Below, piece by piece: positions 1 through 12,707 of a stretch of DNA of 64,000 nt. Each line of letters begins with the position of its first letter. Within the stretch, counting starts at the first letter, position 1. The position numbers and the translations under genes were made by a program. The notes beneath the pieces are model-generated. The model worked only from the letters and a program-made list of their open reading frames with translations, had not been told where the DNA came from and did no database searches. The DNA is from Catajapyx aquilonaris (Eukaryota). The stretch lies in contig JYFJ02001157.1 of NCBI GenBank assembly GCA_000934665.2, positions 1 to 64,000 of the forward strand, written 5' to 3'.

Positions 1-739
1 AACATTAATCCCCCCCACTCCCCCCCCCCTCTCTCTCTCTCTCGAGGTCGAACCTTTTGCTGACTTTCCCAAGGCCTGTTTATGCCCTCGCGAAGTGAGC
101 CCAGTTCGCGCGACCAGGGTGCTTTGGCAACGATAACGGTGCCCACCAGAGATAATGTCGGAACGAATCGAGCGCATGCGCCCGTTTTTCTCCCAAGGAG
201 TCTTTTACGCAAGGAGGCAACGGATTCGTAACCTCTGCTGTGCCCCTGCTTCTCCTCCTTCCCCCATCTACCCACTCCCTCTGCCTATATTGGTCTGGTC
301 ACCCTGCTGACAATTTTAAATATGACCAATCAGGGTCCGGGTGGAGCCTCCCCCCTTGCAACTCTCCGTGTTCATCTGGCCACTCCACACTACGTCTCTG
401 TCGAGACTATTTGCCAACTACCATTCTAATTCCTTTTTACGCAGCTGTAAAGGTAATTGTGAATGCATATTTTGGGTTTTCTTTGTTTCAGGGCAAAGAC
501 GAAGGGACTCAGCCAGAGAAAACCGACATCCAGCACAACCATGTCCCATAGTAACGGAAATTAATGTAAAAATTGCAATTTATTAACATTTTTTGTAATC
601 ATTGTGCCAACATTATAAAATGAGCATTTTTTGCCATGAATGCCATGCATTTCCTCTAAAACACTGTTAGTCATCCCATTAGACAGTGTCTATTTAGATA
701 ACTCTGTTTATGGATCATTCTGGGACTGATTAGGGCCTA

Positions 740-1242
740 TCTTTGGCCCCATTGCGTACTTTCAAGGCGCACATGCGTTCCTTCAAATGCGATTATTTTC
801 CTTAAATCAAAAAAGTCCTCCTGAGATTTTTTTCTATGTGAGGGAAAGGGTCTGAGCTACAACATTATTTAAAAATCAGATTTTTAAATTAGGCGGATTT
901 TTTTTAAAAAAAATTTGAAATTTTGAAAATGGGACAAAATTTTCAAAAAAGTCAAAATACGAATTTTCAATCCTTAGTGAGATTGGGCTCTCGAATCTCT
1001 TCAAAGGGAGCGGTCTGCGACGTCTGCAGCTCAATTGGTTCACGAGATATGACCGATTTCTGAAACCCTACCTTCCGAAAATGACGTTTTTTTCGGTGGG
1101 CCTATCTCCGGGGAGGGGGGGTAAATCTCAAAACCGCGCATATGGTATATTTGAAAGACGTAATTAAAGCGATTCGCCGATTTTCGTCAAAATCTGACAA
1201 CCCAAGGGTCAGGGGGCTCGGTGAATTGACATGGAATGACCC
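740..1242. mobile_element. Possible remnant of a non-autonomous DNA transposon, ending at the satellite boundary
   Basis: AT-rich, A/T-run-rich non-coding block ending in GGTGAATTGACATGGAATGACCC, which looks like a terminal inverted repeat. No partner end was found and the left limit is approximate. Confidence 0.3.
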
Positions 1243-4200
1243 ATGGGTAATTTCCTTATGGGTAATTTGCGTAGAGAAAATTTATGGGTAATATACGATT
1301 GGGTAACTTACTTATGGGTAATTTCCTTTCAGGAAATTGCCCATTAGTAACTTACCCATAAGTTACCAATCAGTAAGTTACCCATAAGGAAATTACCCTT
1401 AATATGGGTAATTTACTTGTGGGTCATTTCTGTATGTGTAATTTACTTATGGGTAATTTGCGTATGGGTTACTTATGGGTAATTTACTTACGAGTAGCTA
1501 AGGGTAACGTACTTATGGGTACCTTACGGGTAATTTACTTTTGGGTAACTTACTCATGGGTAATTTCATTATGGGTAACTTACTCATGGGTAATTTCATT
1601 ATGGGTAACTTACTTACGAGAAGTAATGGGTAACTCACTTATGGGTAACTTACTCATGGGTAATTTCATTATGGGTAACTTACTCATGGGTAATTTCATT
1701 ATGGGTAACTTACTCATCGCTAAATTACTTATGGGTAACTTATGGGTAATTTACTTTCGAGAAGTTATGGGTAACTCACTTATGGGTAACTTACTCATGG
1801 GTAATTTCATTATGGCTTATGGGTAACTTATGGGTAAGTTCCTTATGGGTAACTCACTTATGGGTACCTAACGGGTAATTTACTTATGGGTAACTTACTC
1901 ATGGGTAATTTCATTATGGGTAACTTACTCATCGGTAAATTACTTATGGGTAACATATGGGTCATTTCCTTATGGGTAATCTACTTATGGGTAACTCAGT
2001 TATGGGTTACTTATGGGTAACTTACTTATGGGTAACTTACTTATGGGTAACTTATGGGTAACTTACTTATGGGTAACTTATGGGTTACCTACTTATGGGT
2101 AAGTTATGGGTAATTTACTTATGGGTAATTTAAGTACTGAATTTTTTGGGTAATTTACGATTGGGTAACTTATGGGTAATTTTCTTTAAGGAAATTGCCC
2201 ATCAGTAAATTACCCATAAGTTTCCAATCAATGAGTTACTCATAAGGAAATTACCCTTAATATGGGTAATTTACTTATGGGTAGCTTACTCATGGGTAAT
2301 TTCATTATGGGTAACTTACTCATGGGTAATTTCATTATGGGTAACTTACTTATGGGTAACTTAATTATGGGTTACTTATGGGTTACTTATGGGTAATTTA
2401 CTTACGAGAAGTTGTGGGTAACTCACTTATGGGTAACTTACTCATGGGTTACTTATGGGTTACCTACTTATGGGTTACTTATGAGTAAGTTACGGGTAAT
2501 TTATTTATGGGTAATTTAAGTACAGATTTTTTGGGGTAATTTACGATTGGGTAACTTATGGGCGATTTCCTTTAAGGAAATTGCCCATCAGTAAATTACC
2601 CATAAGTTACCAATCAATAAGTTACCCATAAGGAAATTACCCCTAATATGGGTAATTTTCTTATGGGTAACTTACTTATGGGTTACTTATGGATAAGTTA
2701 TGGGTAATTTACGTACAGAACATTTATGGGTAATATCCGATTGGGTAACTTATGGGTAATTTCCTTTAAGGAAATTGCCCATCAGTAAATTACCCATAAG
2801 TTACCAATCAGTAAGTTACCCATAAGGAAATTACCCTTAATATGGGTAATTTCCTTGTGGGTAATTTCCGTATGGGTAATTGACTTATGGGTAATTTGCG
2901 TATGGGTTACTTATGGGTAATTTACTTACGAGTAGCTATGGGTAACTTACTTATGGGTACCTTACGGGTAATTTACTTTTGGGTAACTTACTCATCGGTA
3001 ATTTCATTATGGGGAACTTACTCATCGGTAAATTACTTATGGGTAACATATGGGTATTTCCTTAAGGGTAATTTACTTAAAGGTTACTTATGGGTAAGGT
3101 ATGGGTAATTTACTTCTGGGTACCTTATGGGTGACTTACTCATGGGTGACTTACTTATGGGCACCTTACGGGTAATTTCCTTACGGGTACCTTATGGGTA
3201 ATTTTCTTATTGGTAATTTCTTAGGGGTAACATGGGTAATTTACTTACGGGTAATTCGCGTATGGGTAACTTATGGGCAATTTCCTTATGGGTAATTTCC
3301 TTATGGGTAATTTACTTATGGGTAACTTATGGGTAACTTAGTTATGGGTAACTTATGGGTTACTTACTTATGGGTTATCTACTTATGGGTTACTTATGGG
3401 TAAGTTACGGGTAATTTATTTATGGGTAATTTAAGTACAGAGTTTTTTGGGTAATTTACGATTGGGTAACTTATGTGCAATTTCCTTTAAGGAAATTGCC
3501 CATCAGTAAATTACCCATAAATTACCAATCAATAAGTTACCCATAAGGAAACTACCCTTAATATGGGTAATTTACTTATGGGTTACTTATGGATAGGTTA
3601 TGGGTTACTTAGTTATGGGTAACTTATGGGTTACCTACTTATGGGTTACTTATGGGTAAGTTATGGGTAATTTACTTATGGGTAATTTAAGTACAGAATT
3701 TTTTGGGTGATTTACGATTGGGTAACTTAGGGATAATTTCCTTTAAGGAAATTGCCCATCAGTAAATTACCCATAAGTTACCAATCAGTAAGATACCCAT
3801 AAGGAAATTACCCTTAATATGGGTAATTTACTTGTGGGTAATTTCCGTATGGGTAATTTACTTATGGGTAATTTGCGTATGGGTTACTTATGAGTAATTT
3901 ACTTACGAGTAGCTATGGGTAACTTACTTATGGGTACCTTACGGGTAATTTACTTTTGGGTAACTTACTCATGGGTAATTTCATTATGGGTAACTTACTC
4001 ATCGGTAAATTGCGTATGGGTAACATATGGGTATTTCCTTATGGGTAATTTACTTAAAGGTTACTTATGGGTAAGCTATGGGTAATTTACTTCTGGGTAC
4101 CGTATGGGTGACTTACTCATGGGTAACTTACTTATGGGCACCTTACGGGTAATTTCCTTATGGGTACCTTATGGGTAATTTTCTTATTGGTGATTTCTTA

Positions 4201-5124
4201 GGGGTAACATATGGGTAATTTAATTATGGGTAATTCGCGTATGGGTAACTTATGGGTAATTTCCTTATAGGTAATTAACTTATGGGTAACTTCATTATGG
4301 GTTACTTATGGGTAACTTACTTATGGGTTACTTATGGGTAAGTTATGGGTAATTTACTTATGGGTAATTTACGTACAGAAAATTTTTGGGTAATTTACGA
4401 TTGGGTGACTTACGGGTAATTTCCTTTAAGGAAATTGTCCATCAGTAAATTACCCATAAGTTACCAATCAGTAAGTTACCCATAAGGAAATTACCCTTAA
4501 TGTGGGTAATTTACTTATGGGTAATTTGCGTATGAGTTACTTATGGGTAATTTACTTACGAGTAGCTATGGGTAATTTACTTACGAGTAGCTATGGGTTA
4601 CTTACTTATGGGTACCTTACGGGTAAATTACTTATGGGTAACTTACTTATGGATTACTTATGGGTAAGTTATGGGTAATTTACTTATGGGTAATTTACGT
4701 ACAGTAAATTTATGGGTAATTTACGATTGGGTAATTTACTTGTGGGTAATTTCCGTATGGGTAATTTACTTGTGGGTAATTTCCGTATGGGTAATTTACT
4801 TATGGGTAATTTGCGTATGGGTTACTTATGGGTAATTTACTTACGAGTAGCTATGGGTAACTTCATTATGGGTACCTTACGGGTAATTTCCTTATGGGTA
4901 ACTTACTGTTCGGTAAATTACTTATGGGTAACTTATGTGTAGTTTCCTTATGGGTAATTTACTAATGGGTAATTTACTTATGGGTCCCTTATGGGTAATT
5001 TACTTATGGGTCCCTTATGGGTAATTTACTAGTGGGTAATTCGTGTATGGGTAAATTATGGGTAATTTACTTAATGGGTAATTTGACTTTGGGTAACTTA
5101 TGGGTAATTTACTTATGGGTAATT
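1243..5124. repeat. Complex satellite of 10-14 nt units, (TTAC)0-1-TTATGGGTAA(C/T), with inverted islands and higher-order repeats
   Basis: Hundreds of TTATGGGTAA/TTACTTATGGGTAA variants. Reverse-complement islands (TTACCCATAAG) near 1330-1400, 2190-2260, 2575-2645, 2770-2840, 3490-3560, 3745-3815 and 4430-4500. The block near 2930 recurs near 3907. Confidence 0.97.
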
Positions 5125-5271
5125 CCTGTTCCTGAAATCTGATAATTTCTTGTTAAAGGTTTCCGTAATAAAGGTAACAAAATTTTGTAGTAATTTGAGT
5201 AACATTTTAATTAATGCACCTCACGTCAAGTCTAACTGCCTTTCTCCAATAACATAGAATGGCTGTAATAG

Positions 5272-8200
5272 TTATAAGTTGTCGTCATCTTCTTGTGTCT
5301 TCACAATCCTTAAAATAAACAGGTTGAAATTGTAACCTTGATTAAGAAGTATTTACTCAAGAGGCAATATTGTCGTAGGAAATATGGAAAATTATTGTGG
5401 ACATTCTATATTCAAATACAAGTCATACTTCTACATAGTGTGAGTTTCACTCCGCCCCTGTACGTGTCATGGTTTTAAAATTTTGGAATACTTTTAAAGT
5501 CCACTGTCATACGATAGGTTATAGCAAGAGCTATTTGTTATAACATAATTATGGTGAATAAATTCTTTTCTTACCTGCTTCGTCTGCTTCTTTCCACATC
5601 TTCCACGGTGTCTGGCAGATTCGCAAGTTTTGTTTCCGGCAGCAATAAAGCAACTGCTCCTGCTAATATCGACAGGACACCAAAAACAGCGCTGGGAATA
5701 AATAGGTTATGTCCTCCCTAAAAATGAATGGCCAAGTCAAAGGTAAGCAACCAGAGACACACTGCAAGTTACCGTGGATAAGAAGTACTACTTACCACCA
5801 AATCGACAACAAGTGGGGCAGCAAGGGATCCTGCCCTGGATGCGATTGAACCTAAGCTCATTGCTACGGATCGGACTTCTGTCGGGAACAGTTCAGTGGC
5901 ATACAACAATGTCAAAGTAAAATTGACCGACAACCCGATCAGTGATAGTTGCAGAAGTGACCACGCCAACAGCGCAGGATCTGCAGATATCAGTAACAAA
6001 AGCTTGTTAGTCCTAGTCGAAGACGTTCCCTCTGAATCATCATTACCTCTTGGAAAAACAGCAACTGAAGCTACCATAGGAGCGGTCATAAAGAAAGAGA
6101 TTGCGTAAACCTTCCTGCGTCCAAATCGGTTGAGAAGAGGTATGACACAAAATCTGGTCACCAAAGTAATGACCCCTCCAATGAACATCATGAGATGAAC
6201 ACTCAGAGGCAGACGAGCAGACAAGAACATTGCCCCATGGCTGATGTGGGCAACAACAAACCACGTCAAGTACAACTGATACAAAAATCAGATATTAAAA
6301 CCCCAACGTTAATGACCTGTTAATTACAATATAACAGAAAATGACAAAATCATAGGGGTTACCTTAATGCTTCTGGAGCGCATTTCTGGCGTTCTCGCCA
6401 TCACCAGAAATTGTTGCCACTTTGTAGTCTTCCCAGTTCTTTGTGATTCAGCTTCCATTTCCTATAAAAACAATCGTATCGTACAATAAAACTAACGACG
6501 AGTTTTTGGCTTTGTGATCATAAGTTGAGATCAGGACATCCCATAGCTTGCAATACATTTTTTGCAGGTCCACACTCTCAAGATATACCACACATTGGAG
6601 AAGTAACCTTTGCATGTATCCTTTTCAGTAACTGTTGAAGGTCTTCATCATCTGGCATCTTGTGTTTATTTACTTTGGCAATTTGACGCAATTGTTTTGT
6701 CGCCTCTTTCCATCTTTTCTTGAGCAGAAGCCACCTTGGCGACTCAGGTAAGAACCTGAGAAATTGCAAGGATATAGAGTACAGTATGTAGCAAGGTTCG
6801 GTTGCTACATGCTTACCAACAGTAGATGAGGACTACAGAAGATATACTTGCGACAGTAATGTCCACAAGCCTCCATTTCTGCAAAAAGAATGACATTCCA
6901 GCCCACATCATACGACCTATTCCCTGACCGATAGCCAGTGCCATGGACATCTGAGCTCTCTTCGTCCTTGCCACTACCTCCACAACTGCAATGGTTTAAA
7001 AAGATGTTTAATAACAATTCAGGCATACTTATCATATGGCCTATTTTATATGCACTAGACTGATAGAAGATAACTTTTGTTTGGTTAAATTGTTATGAAC
7101 CAATAGTCAGGATTAGGTATAATGATATATGAATTCGTAGAAACATGCATTCTATTGTTCCTGTTCATGTGGTAGGGCCTACTCACTCAATACTGTTGAG
7201 ACAGAGTAGGTTCCGACTGTCCCGAATCCGGTGACAACCCTGCTGGCAAGTAGTACCGGGTACGAGGGAGAAAAGCTGCTGCACCATGACCCAAAGGTCA
7301 TTACCAGGAGGGACAGCTGGAGGGCCCTCTTACGACCCAGTCTAAAATGTTTGTAGAAATATGACATATTGACAATAAAATAACAGTCACTATGAAGAGT
7401 TATGTTGTTTTCATACAAGTGGAGGTCACTTTTTCATACTCTGTCAATATTATTTACCTGTCTGACACGATTCCAATGGCGATGGCACCAACTAGTGCGC
7501 CCACCATGTATCCTGTTTGAAGAGTTGGTCTTAAAGCCATTTTCCCGCAGATTAAATCCCACTGCAAAGGTAAATTAAAATAACAAATTGATTCTCCTTA
7601 GAAGGAGTTTTAACAATAAGACAGTCCCTCTATGAACACTACTCCTGCATTCCCATCTTGTGGGCAAGTTCTTTCACTCAAGGTTTCATTCTGACCTCCG
7701 TCACCGTCGTCTCCAAGAAGCTAGTGTTGTCGTATTTCCATCTCCTGCATGGCCATGTGTCTGGAGGGACTTGACTTCCATCGGCTTCCATAGCTTCCTC
7801 GTAAGACATGCTCATGTACTTTGAATAGTTCCGGGCATGTATTTCGCACTGATTCCATTCTCCAGCTCTTCCTGAAGGTAAGCTGAAGAGCACAGATCGG
7901 ACATGTAAGTTTCAAGAATCATTTTGTACTGTTCAAGTGATATGTAAAAATATAACACAACGTATATAATGTAAATAATAATTGCAATCATTATCGTCAC
8001 AAATTATCATCACATGAATCATTACACGTTCATGCAAAAACTAAGATGTGGAGGATGTATACTGCGTTTAACAATATTATCCTCCTGAGACCCCTGGTAC
8101 AGTATACTGTACCTTTGTTTTTTCCAGCACCTTCTGACTAACTCAAACGCGTAAAAAAACAAAAACAAAGGTACAGTATACTGTACCAGGGGTCTCAGGA

Positions 8201-8691
8201 GGTTATACGTCATTTTAGTCAGGGCAGATTAAACTGAAACAATCGGACATCAACTCTTTTTGTGATTCATTGCATTTTCGCAGGTGTATTCGTTTGATAA
8301 GCTTCATTATAAACGTTTCTGTCACCAAAATCTGTGACGTTTAAGTGGTTTAATATTGAGAAATACGCCACAAAGTGAATTATATCCCCTCTTTTTCAGT
8401 ACAAAACAAATTCATGAGCAAATATTAATAAGCGACACCTTAACTGGAACACACTGGGCAATGTTACCTGGGAAGCGTGAAATTTCTAGCTTGGAAGTTG
8501 GTCCAGTTCCTAGGTTGGAACACGTCCTTGGTTTGACACCAGTGTGGCGGGAGAGCTGACCTGTACACATAACTTGAGTGCTGGTAGTCGAACACAACCG
8601 TCACAGGCATGAGCATGGCCAGAACTAGCCATTGCCATCGTCCCAGGTCTCCAGCCAGAGACAGTACGTCTTCAAACGTGTCAACCGGCAT
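5272..8691 (-). CDS. SLC22 family organic cation/carnitine transporter-like protein, copy A (11 coding exons)
   Basis: MFS/SLC22 motifs: FEDVLSLAGDLGRWQ, TTVTE-WDLIC, SDRLGRKR, PESPRWLL, LNRFGRR, ELFPTEVRS, LLPETKLANLPDTVEDVE. All 10 introns are GT-AG with consistent phases. ATG at 8691, TAA at 5272. Confidence 0.93.
8081..8202. mobile_element. ~120-bp piggyBac-like MITE, copy 1 (intron 1 of SLC22 copy A)
   Basis: Long TIRs CCTCCTGAGACCCCTGGTACAGTATACTGTACCTTTGTTTT on both sides; flanked by TTAT on both sides; two more copies in the window. Confidence 0.88.
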
Positions 8692-8791
8692 CACCTCAAC
8701 TAATGACAACCTGCTCGAACCGGTAACGCAACCGAATTCTTGACGTCTACTGAGATACGAATGTTTGGACTATATAGTTGCGAACTACTAT

Positions 8792-8837
8792 CACGAGCAA
8801 ATTATCACCTGTATACGTTTAAATCTTCTTATCAACT
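8792..8837 (-). promoter_or_regulatory. Conserved upstream element of SLC22 copy A (GATA-type sites)
   Basis: CACGAGCAAATTATCACCTGT...CTTATCAAC matches 12657-12707 upstream of copy B while the surrounding DNA does not align; contains TGATAA/GATAAG on the minus strand. Confidence 0.55.
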
Positions 8838-9227
8838 CTCAGGTAGAGATACACGTGCTTTATTGTTTTGTGCCATTGCATGACGTATATTGTTTGCCCT
8901 GAATTTTGTGGTATTGTCGAGTAATCTGGAAACTGTCAGGATCTCAGGGAGTGTATTAGTGATTTTTAAAGTACTAACTTCTCCCTATAGGTATCCGGTA
9001 ACCTATCAGTCACTTTCCAGGGTGACGAATTCCCAGCGGATATGGTCCAACTTTGCGTACTCAAAATCCGTTCCTGAGCTTTGATTTCATGATCAGTATT
9101 GTTGCAGGTTTCCATATAATAAGGATAACAAAATTTTGTGGAAACTTATGTAACATTTTAATTAGTGCTGCTCACGTCAAGTCTAACTGCCTTTCTCCAA
9201 TAATAATCTACAATGACTGTAATAATA

Positions 9228-12200
9228 TTATAAGGTTTCGTCATCTTCTGGTGTCTTCACAATCCTTAAAATATATAAGACATTGTCAATATGTAAGCTT
9301 GATTAAAGTAAGTATTTACTCAATAGCCAATTTTCGTCAGAAAAAATAACTAATTTTTATAGTCATTCTACACCCAAATACAAGTAATATTTCTACACAG
9401 CGCAGCGTGCTCCACCTCTACGTATAATGGTTTTTTAAAATTTTTGGAATACTTTTAAAGTAGACTCTCATAAGTTATAATTATAGTGCATAATTATATA
9501 CTTTTCTTACCTGCTTCGTCTGCTTCTTTCCACATCTTCCACGGTGTCTGGCAGATTCGCAAGTTTTGTTTCCGGCAGCAATAAAGCAACTGCTCCTGCT
9601 AATATCGACAGGACCCCAAAAACAGCGCTGGGAATAAATAGGTTATGTCCTCCCTAAAAATGAATGGCCACATCAAAGGTCAGCAACCAGGGACACACTG
9701 CAAATCACCATGGATAAGAAGTACTACTTACCACCAAATCGACAACAAGTGGGGCAGCAAGGGATCCTGCCCTGGATGCGATTGAACCTAAGCTCATTGC
9801 TACGGATCGGACTTCTGTCGGAAACAGTTCAGTGGCATACAACAATGTCAAAGTAAAATTCACCGATGTTCCCATCAGCGATAGTTGCAGAAGTGACCAC
9901 GCCAACAGCGCAGGATCTGCAGACATAAGTTCATAAGTCCAAGTGACAGACGGTTCACTCTGAAACGCAAATACCTCTTGGAAAGACAGCAACTGAAGCC
10001 ACCATAGGAGCGGTGATAAAGAAAAATATTGCATAAACTTTCCTGCGTCCAAATCGGTTGAGAAGAGGTATGACACCAAATCTGGTCACCAGAGTAATGA
10101 CCCCTCCAATGAACATCATGAGGTGGATGCTCAGTGGAAGACGAGCAGACAGGAATATTGACCCATGGCCGATGTGAGCAGTGATAAACCACGTGAGGTA
10201 CAGCTGAAAATGAAAATTAGCTGCAGACTTTCCCGATTATACTAGTTCAACTCGTAATGCATGGTTACTCTAACCAGATTAACAGGATATGAAAAGAGCT
10301 ACTTCAAGTGATTTTTTTAATGTTGGAAAAACCCATCCATTGAACAGTGTACCTTCATGCTTCTAGAACGCATTTCTGGAGTCTTCACCATCACCAGGAA
10401 TTGTTGCCATTTCGAATTTTTTCCTGTTCTTTGTAATTCAACGTCGATTTCCTTAGAAAAATATTAGGAAAAATATACTTTCAGCACTTATAACACACAT
10501 GGACGTTTTTTTACTTCAGTACCGACAGTACGTCTACTACAGACTGATGTCATTGATGCTATGAAAGATTCTTGTATTTTTAAAAACAAAGTACTGTATT
10601 GGACAACTAACTTTAGCATGTATCCTCTGCAGCAGTTGTTCAAGTTCTTCTTCGTCTGCTATCTTGTTTTTATTCATTTTGGCCATTTGATGTAATATTT
10701 TTGTCGCCTCTTTCCATCTCTTCTTGAGAAGAAGCCACCTTGGTGACTCAGGTATAAACCTATCAAGCACAACTGAATATCACGTAAAACACCATTTAAA
10801 TGCAAGCAAGCCTCGATATAAGAAGTATAACATTATTTTGTCATGCAACTCTACTGTCCCTCTAGAAAGTTACAAGATTTTTGCACAAAAATGTTCGTGA
10901 TTATGACATCTGTAAAGAAAGTGTTCTCATAGTAATGGTAAACTTACCAACAATACAATAGCGTTAGAGAACACAGACTGGCCGCTGTAATGTCGAGGAG
11001 CCTCCACTTCTGCAAAAAGAAAGACACTCCAGCCCACATCATCCGACCGAATCCTTGACATATCGCTAGAGTCAATGACATCTGAGCTCGTTTGCTCCTT
11101 GCCACTATTTCCACAACTATCAATATTCTCTATTAGTTCATGGCAGACAAATTAGTGGAAATATGTTAGCACTCACTTAATACTGTTGAGACGGAGTAGG
11201 TTCCGACTGTTCCGAATCCGGTGACAACCCTGCTCGCAAGAAGTACAGGGTACGAGGGAGAAAAGCTGCAGCACCATGACCCAAGGGTCATTACCAGGAT
11301 GGACATCTGGAGAGCCCTCTTACGACCCAATCTGAAATAATGTATATTATTATAGGGCCTAATCATAGTCTATTGTCAGCGATTTGTGTGTTGTCTTCAG
11401 GGCTTCAGGACACTATACCTATCAGATACTATTCCAGTGACAATGGCGCCTAATAGTGCACCCATCATGTATGCAAACTGGAGGGTTGGTCTAAGAGCCA
11501 TCCTTCCGCATACTAAATCCCACTGTGGATTGAAAATAAACTTATTCACATAATCAAGTAACTCACTACAGTGTTTCATTCTGACCTCCGTCACCGTCGT
11601 TTCTAGGAAGCTTGTCTCGTCGAAGTCCCATTTTTTACACTCCCACATGTCCGATGAGACTTGACTTCCATCGGCTTCCATGGCTTCCTCATAGGTCATG
11701 CCAATATACTTGGAATAATTCCGGGCATGTATTTCGCACTGGTTCCAATCACCAGATATTCCAGACGATGAGCTGTAGTGCACGTAGCAATGGGAATTTA
11801 AACTACTAATAAACTCTCGTTGAAGGCCTGAATTTGCAAGCCTTTTCACAGAATATGTAGACTGCTGGATTACAGGGACTCAAGCGTTGGGACATTGTCA
11901 TACGTTTGATGCTCGCAGGAATTTAAAATATTTTACATGTAGGTGTAAATTTTTAATGGCACATGGTATTGTCGTTTGTTATACTTAAACATGGATGGCA
12001 TAAAAATGAAATAGCTGTTATCTGTAAAAATATTTTATCGACATCTGGAAAGTTGCGTCATCTGTTTAATACCTGATAAGCTAATACAACTTTTCGATGA
12101 CAAGACGTGCGACTTGATAGCCATGTATTTTTGTAGTCTTTTAAAAATGTTACGAGGAACTCCTAAGTCTATTACACATGTTTACTTATTGAATGATTTA

Positions 12201-12561
12201 TAGCAGTTTATAGTTAAGCCAAAAAGCATGCAATACCGGCCTCATACAGCTGCAGTGTTTGTTCGTCTTTGTTAAGATTATTGTTCATAATTTTTGTACG
12301 ACTCACACAAGAACTACAATAAAGAGGGTAAAATTACCTGGGAAGAGTAAAATTACTGATCTGGAAGTTGCTCCAGTTGCTGGGGTTGAACACATCTTTC
12401 GTTTGACACCAATATTGAGGGAGAGCTGACCTGTACACATAACTTGTATGCTGATAGTCGAAAACCACTGTGACTGGCGCTAACATGACCAATACTAGCC
12501 ATTGCCATCGTCCCAAGTCTCCAGCCAAAGACAGCAGGTCCTCAAACGTGTCCACAGGCAT
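9228..12561 (-). CDS. SLC22 family organic cation/carnitine transporter-like protein, copy B (tandem paralog)
   Basis: Same motifs and matching intron positions as copy A (MPVDTFEDLLSLAGDLGRWQ, WDLVCGR, PESPRWLL, ELFPTEVRS). ATG at 12561, TAA at 9228. Confidence 0.93.
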
Positions 12562-12656
12562 CACCACAATATTTTGATCAGAGAAACTCTATATATCAAC
12601 TCAACCGATTGATATTGAGTCTGAACATGAATGCATGCGATAAATAGTGACCGACT

Positions 12657-12707
12657 CACGAGTGAATTATCACCTGTTCGACGATGTGTTTCGATGCCCT
12701 TATCAAC
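12657..12707 (-). promoter_or_regulatory. Conserved upstream element of SLC22 copy B (GATA-type sites)
   Basis: CACGAGTGAATTATCACCTGT...CTTATCAAC, paralogous to 8792-8837. Confidence 0.55.

Noticed and set aside
240..586. Short + strand ORFs and a possible terminal exon near 492-552
   Set aside because: Splice-like signals exist, but there is no recognisable protein or consistent exon chain.
1404..4942. ORFs with MGNLL repeats inside the satellite
   Set aside because: Chance open frames of the repeat unit; frequent stops and frameshifts, no splice structure.
1243..5124. True telomere or CRISPR array
   Set aside because: Internal position with unique DNA on both sides, strand flips and no TTAGG; no constant repeat with unique spacers and no cas genes in a eukaryotic context.
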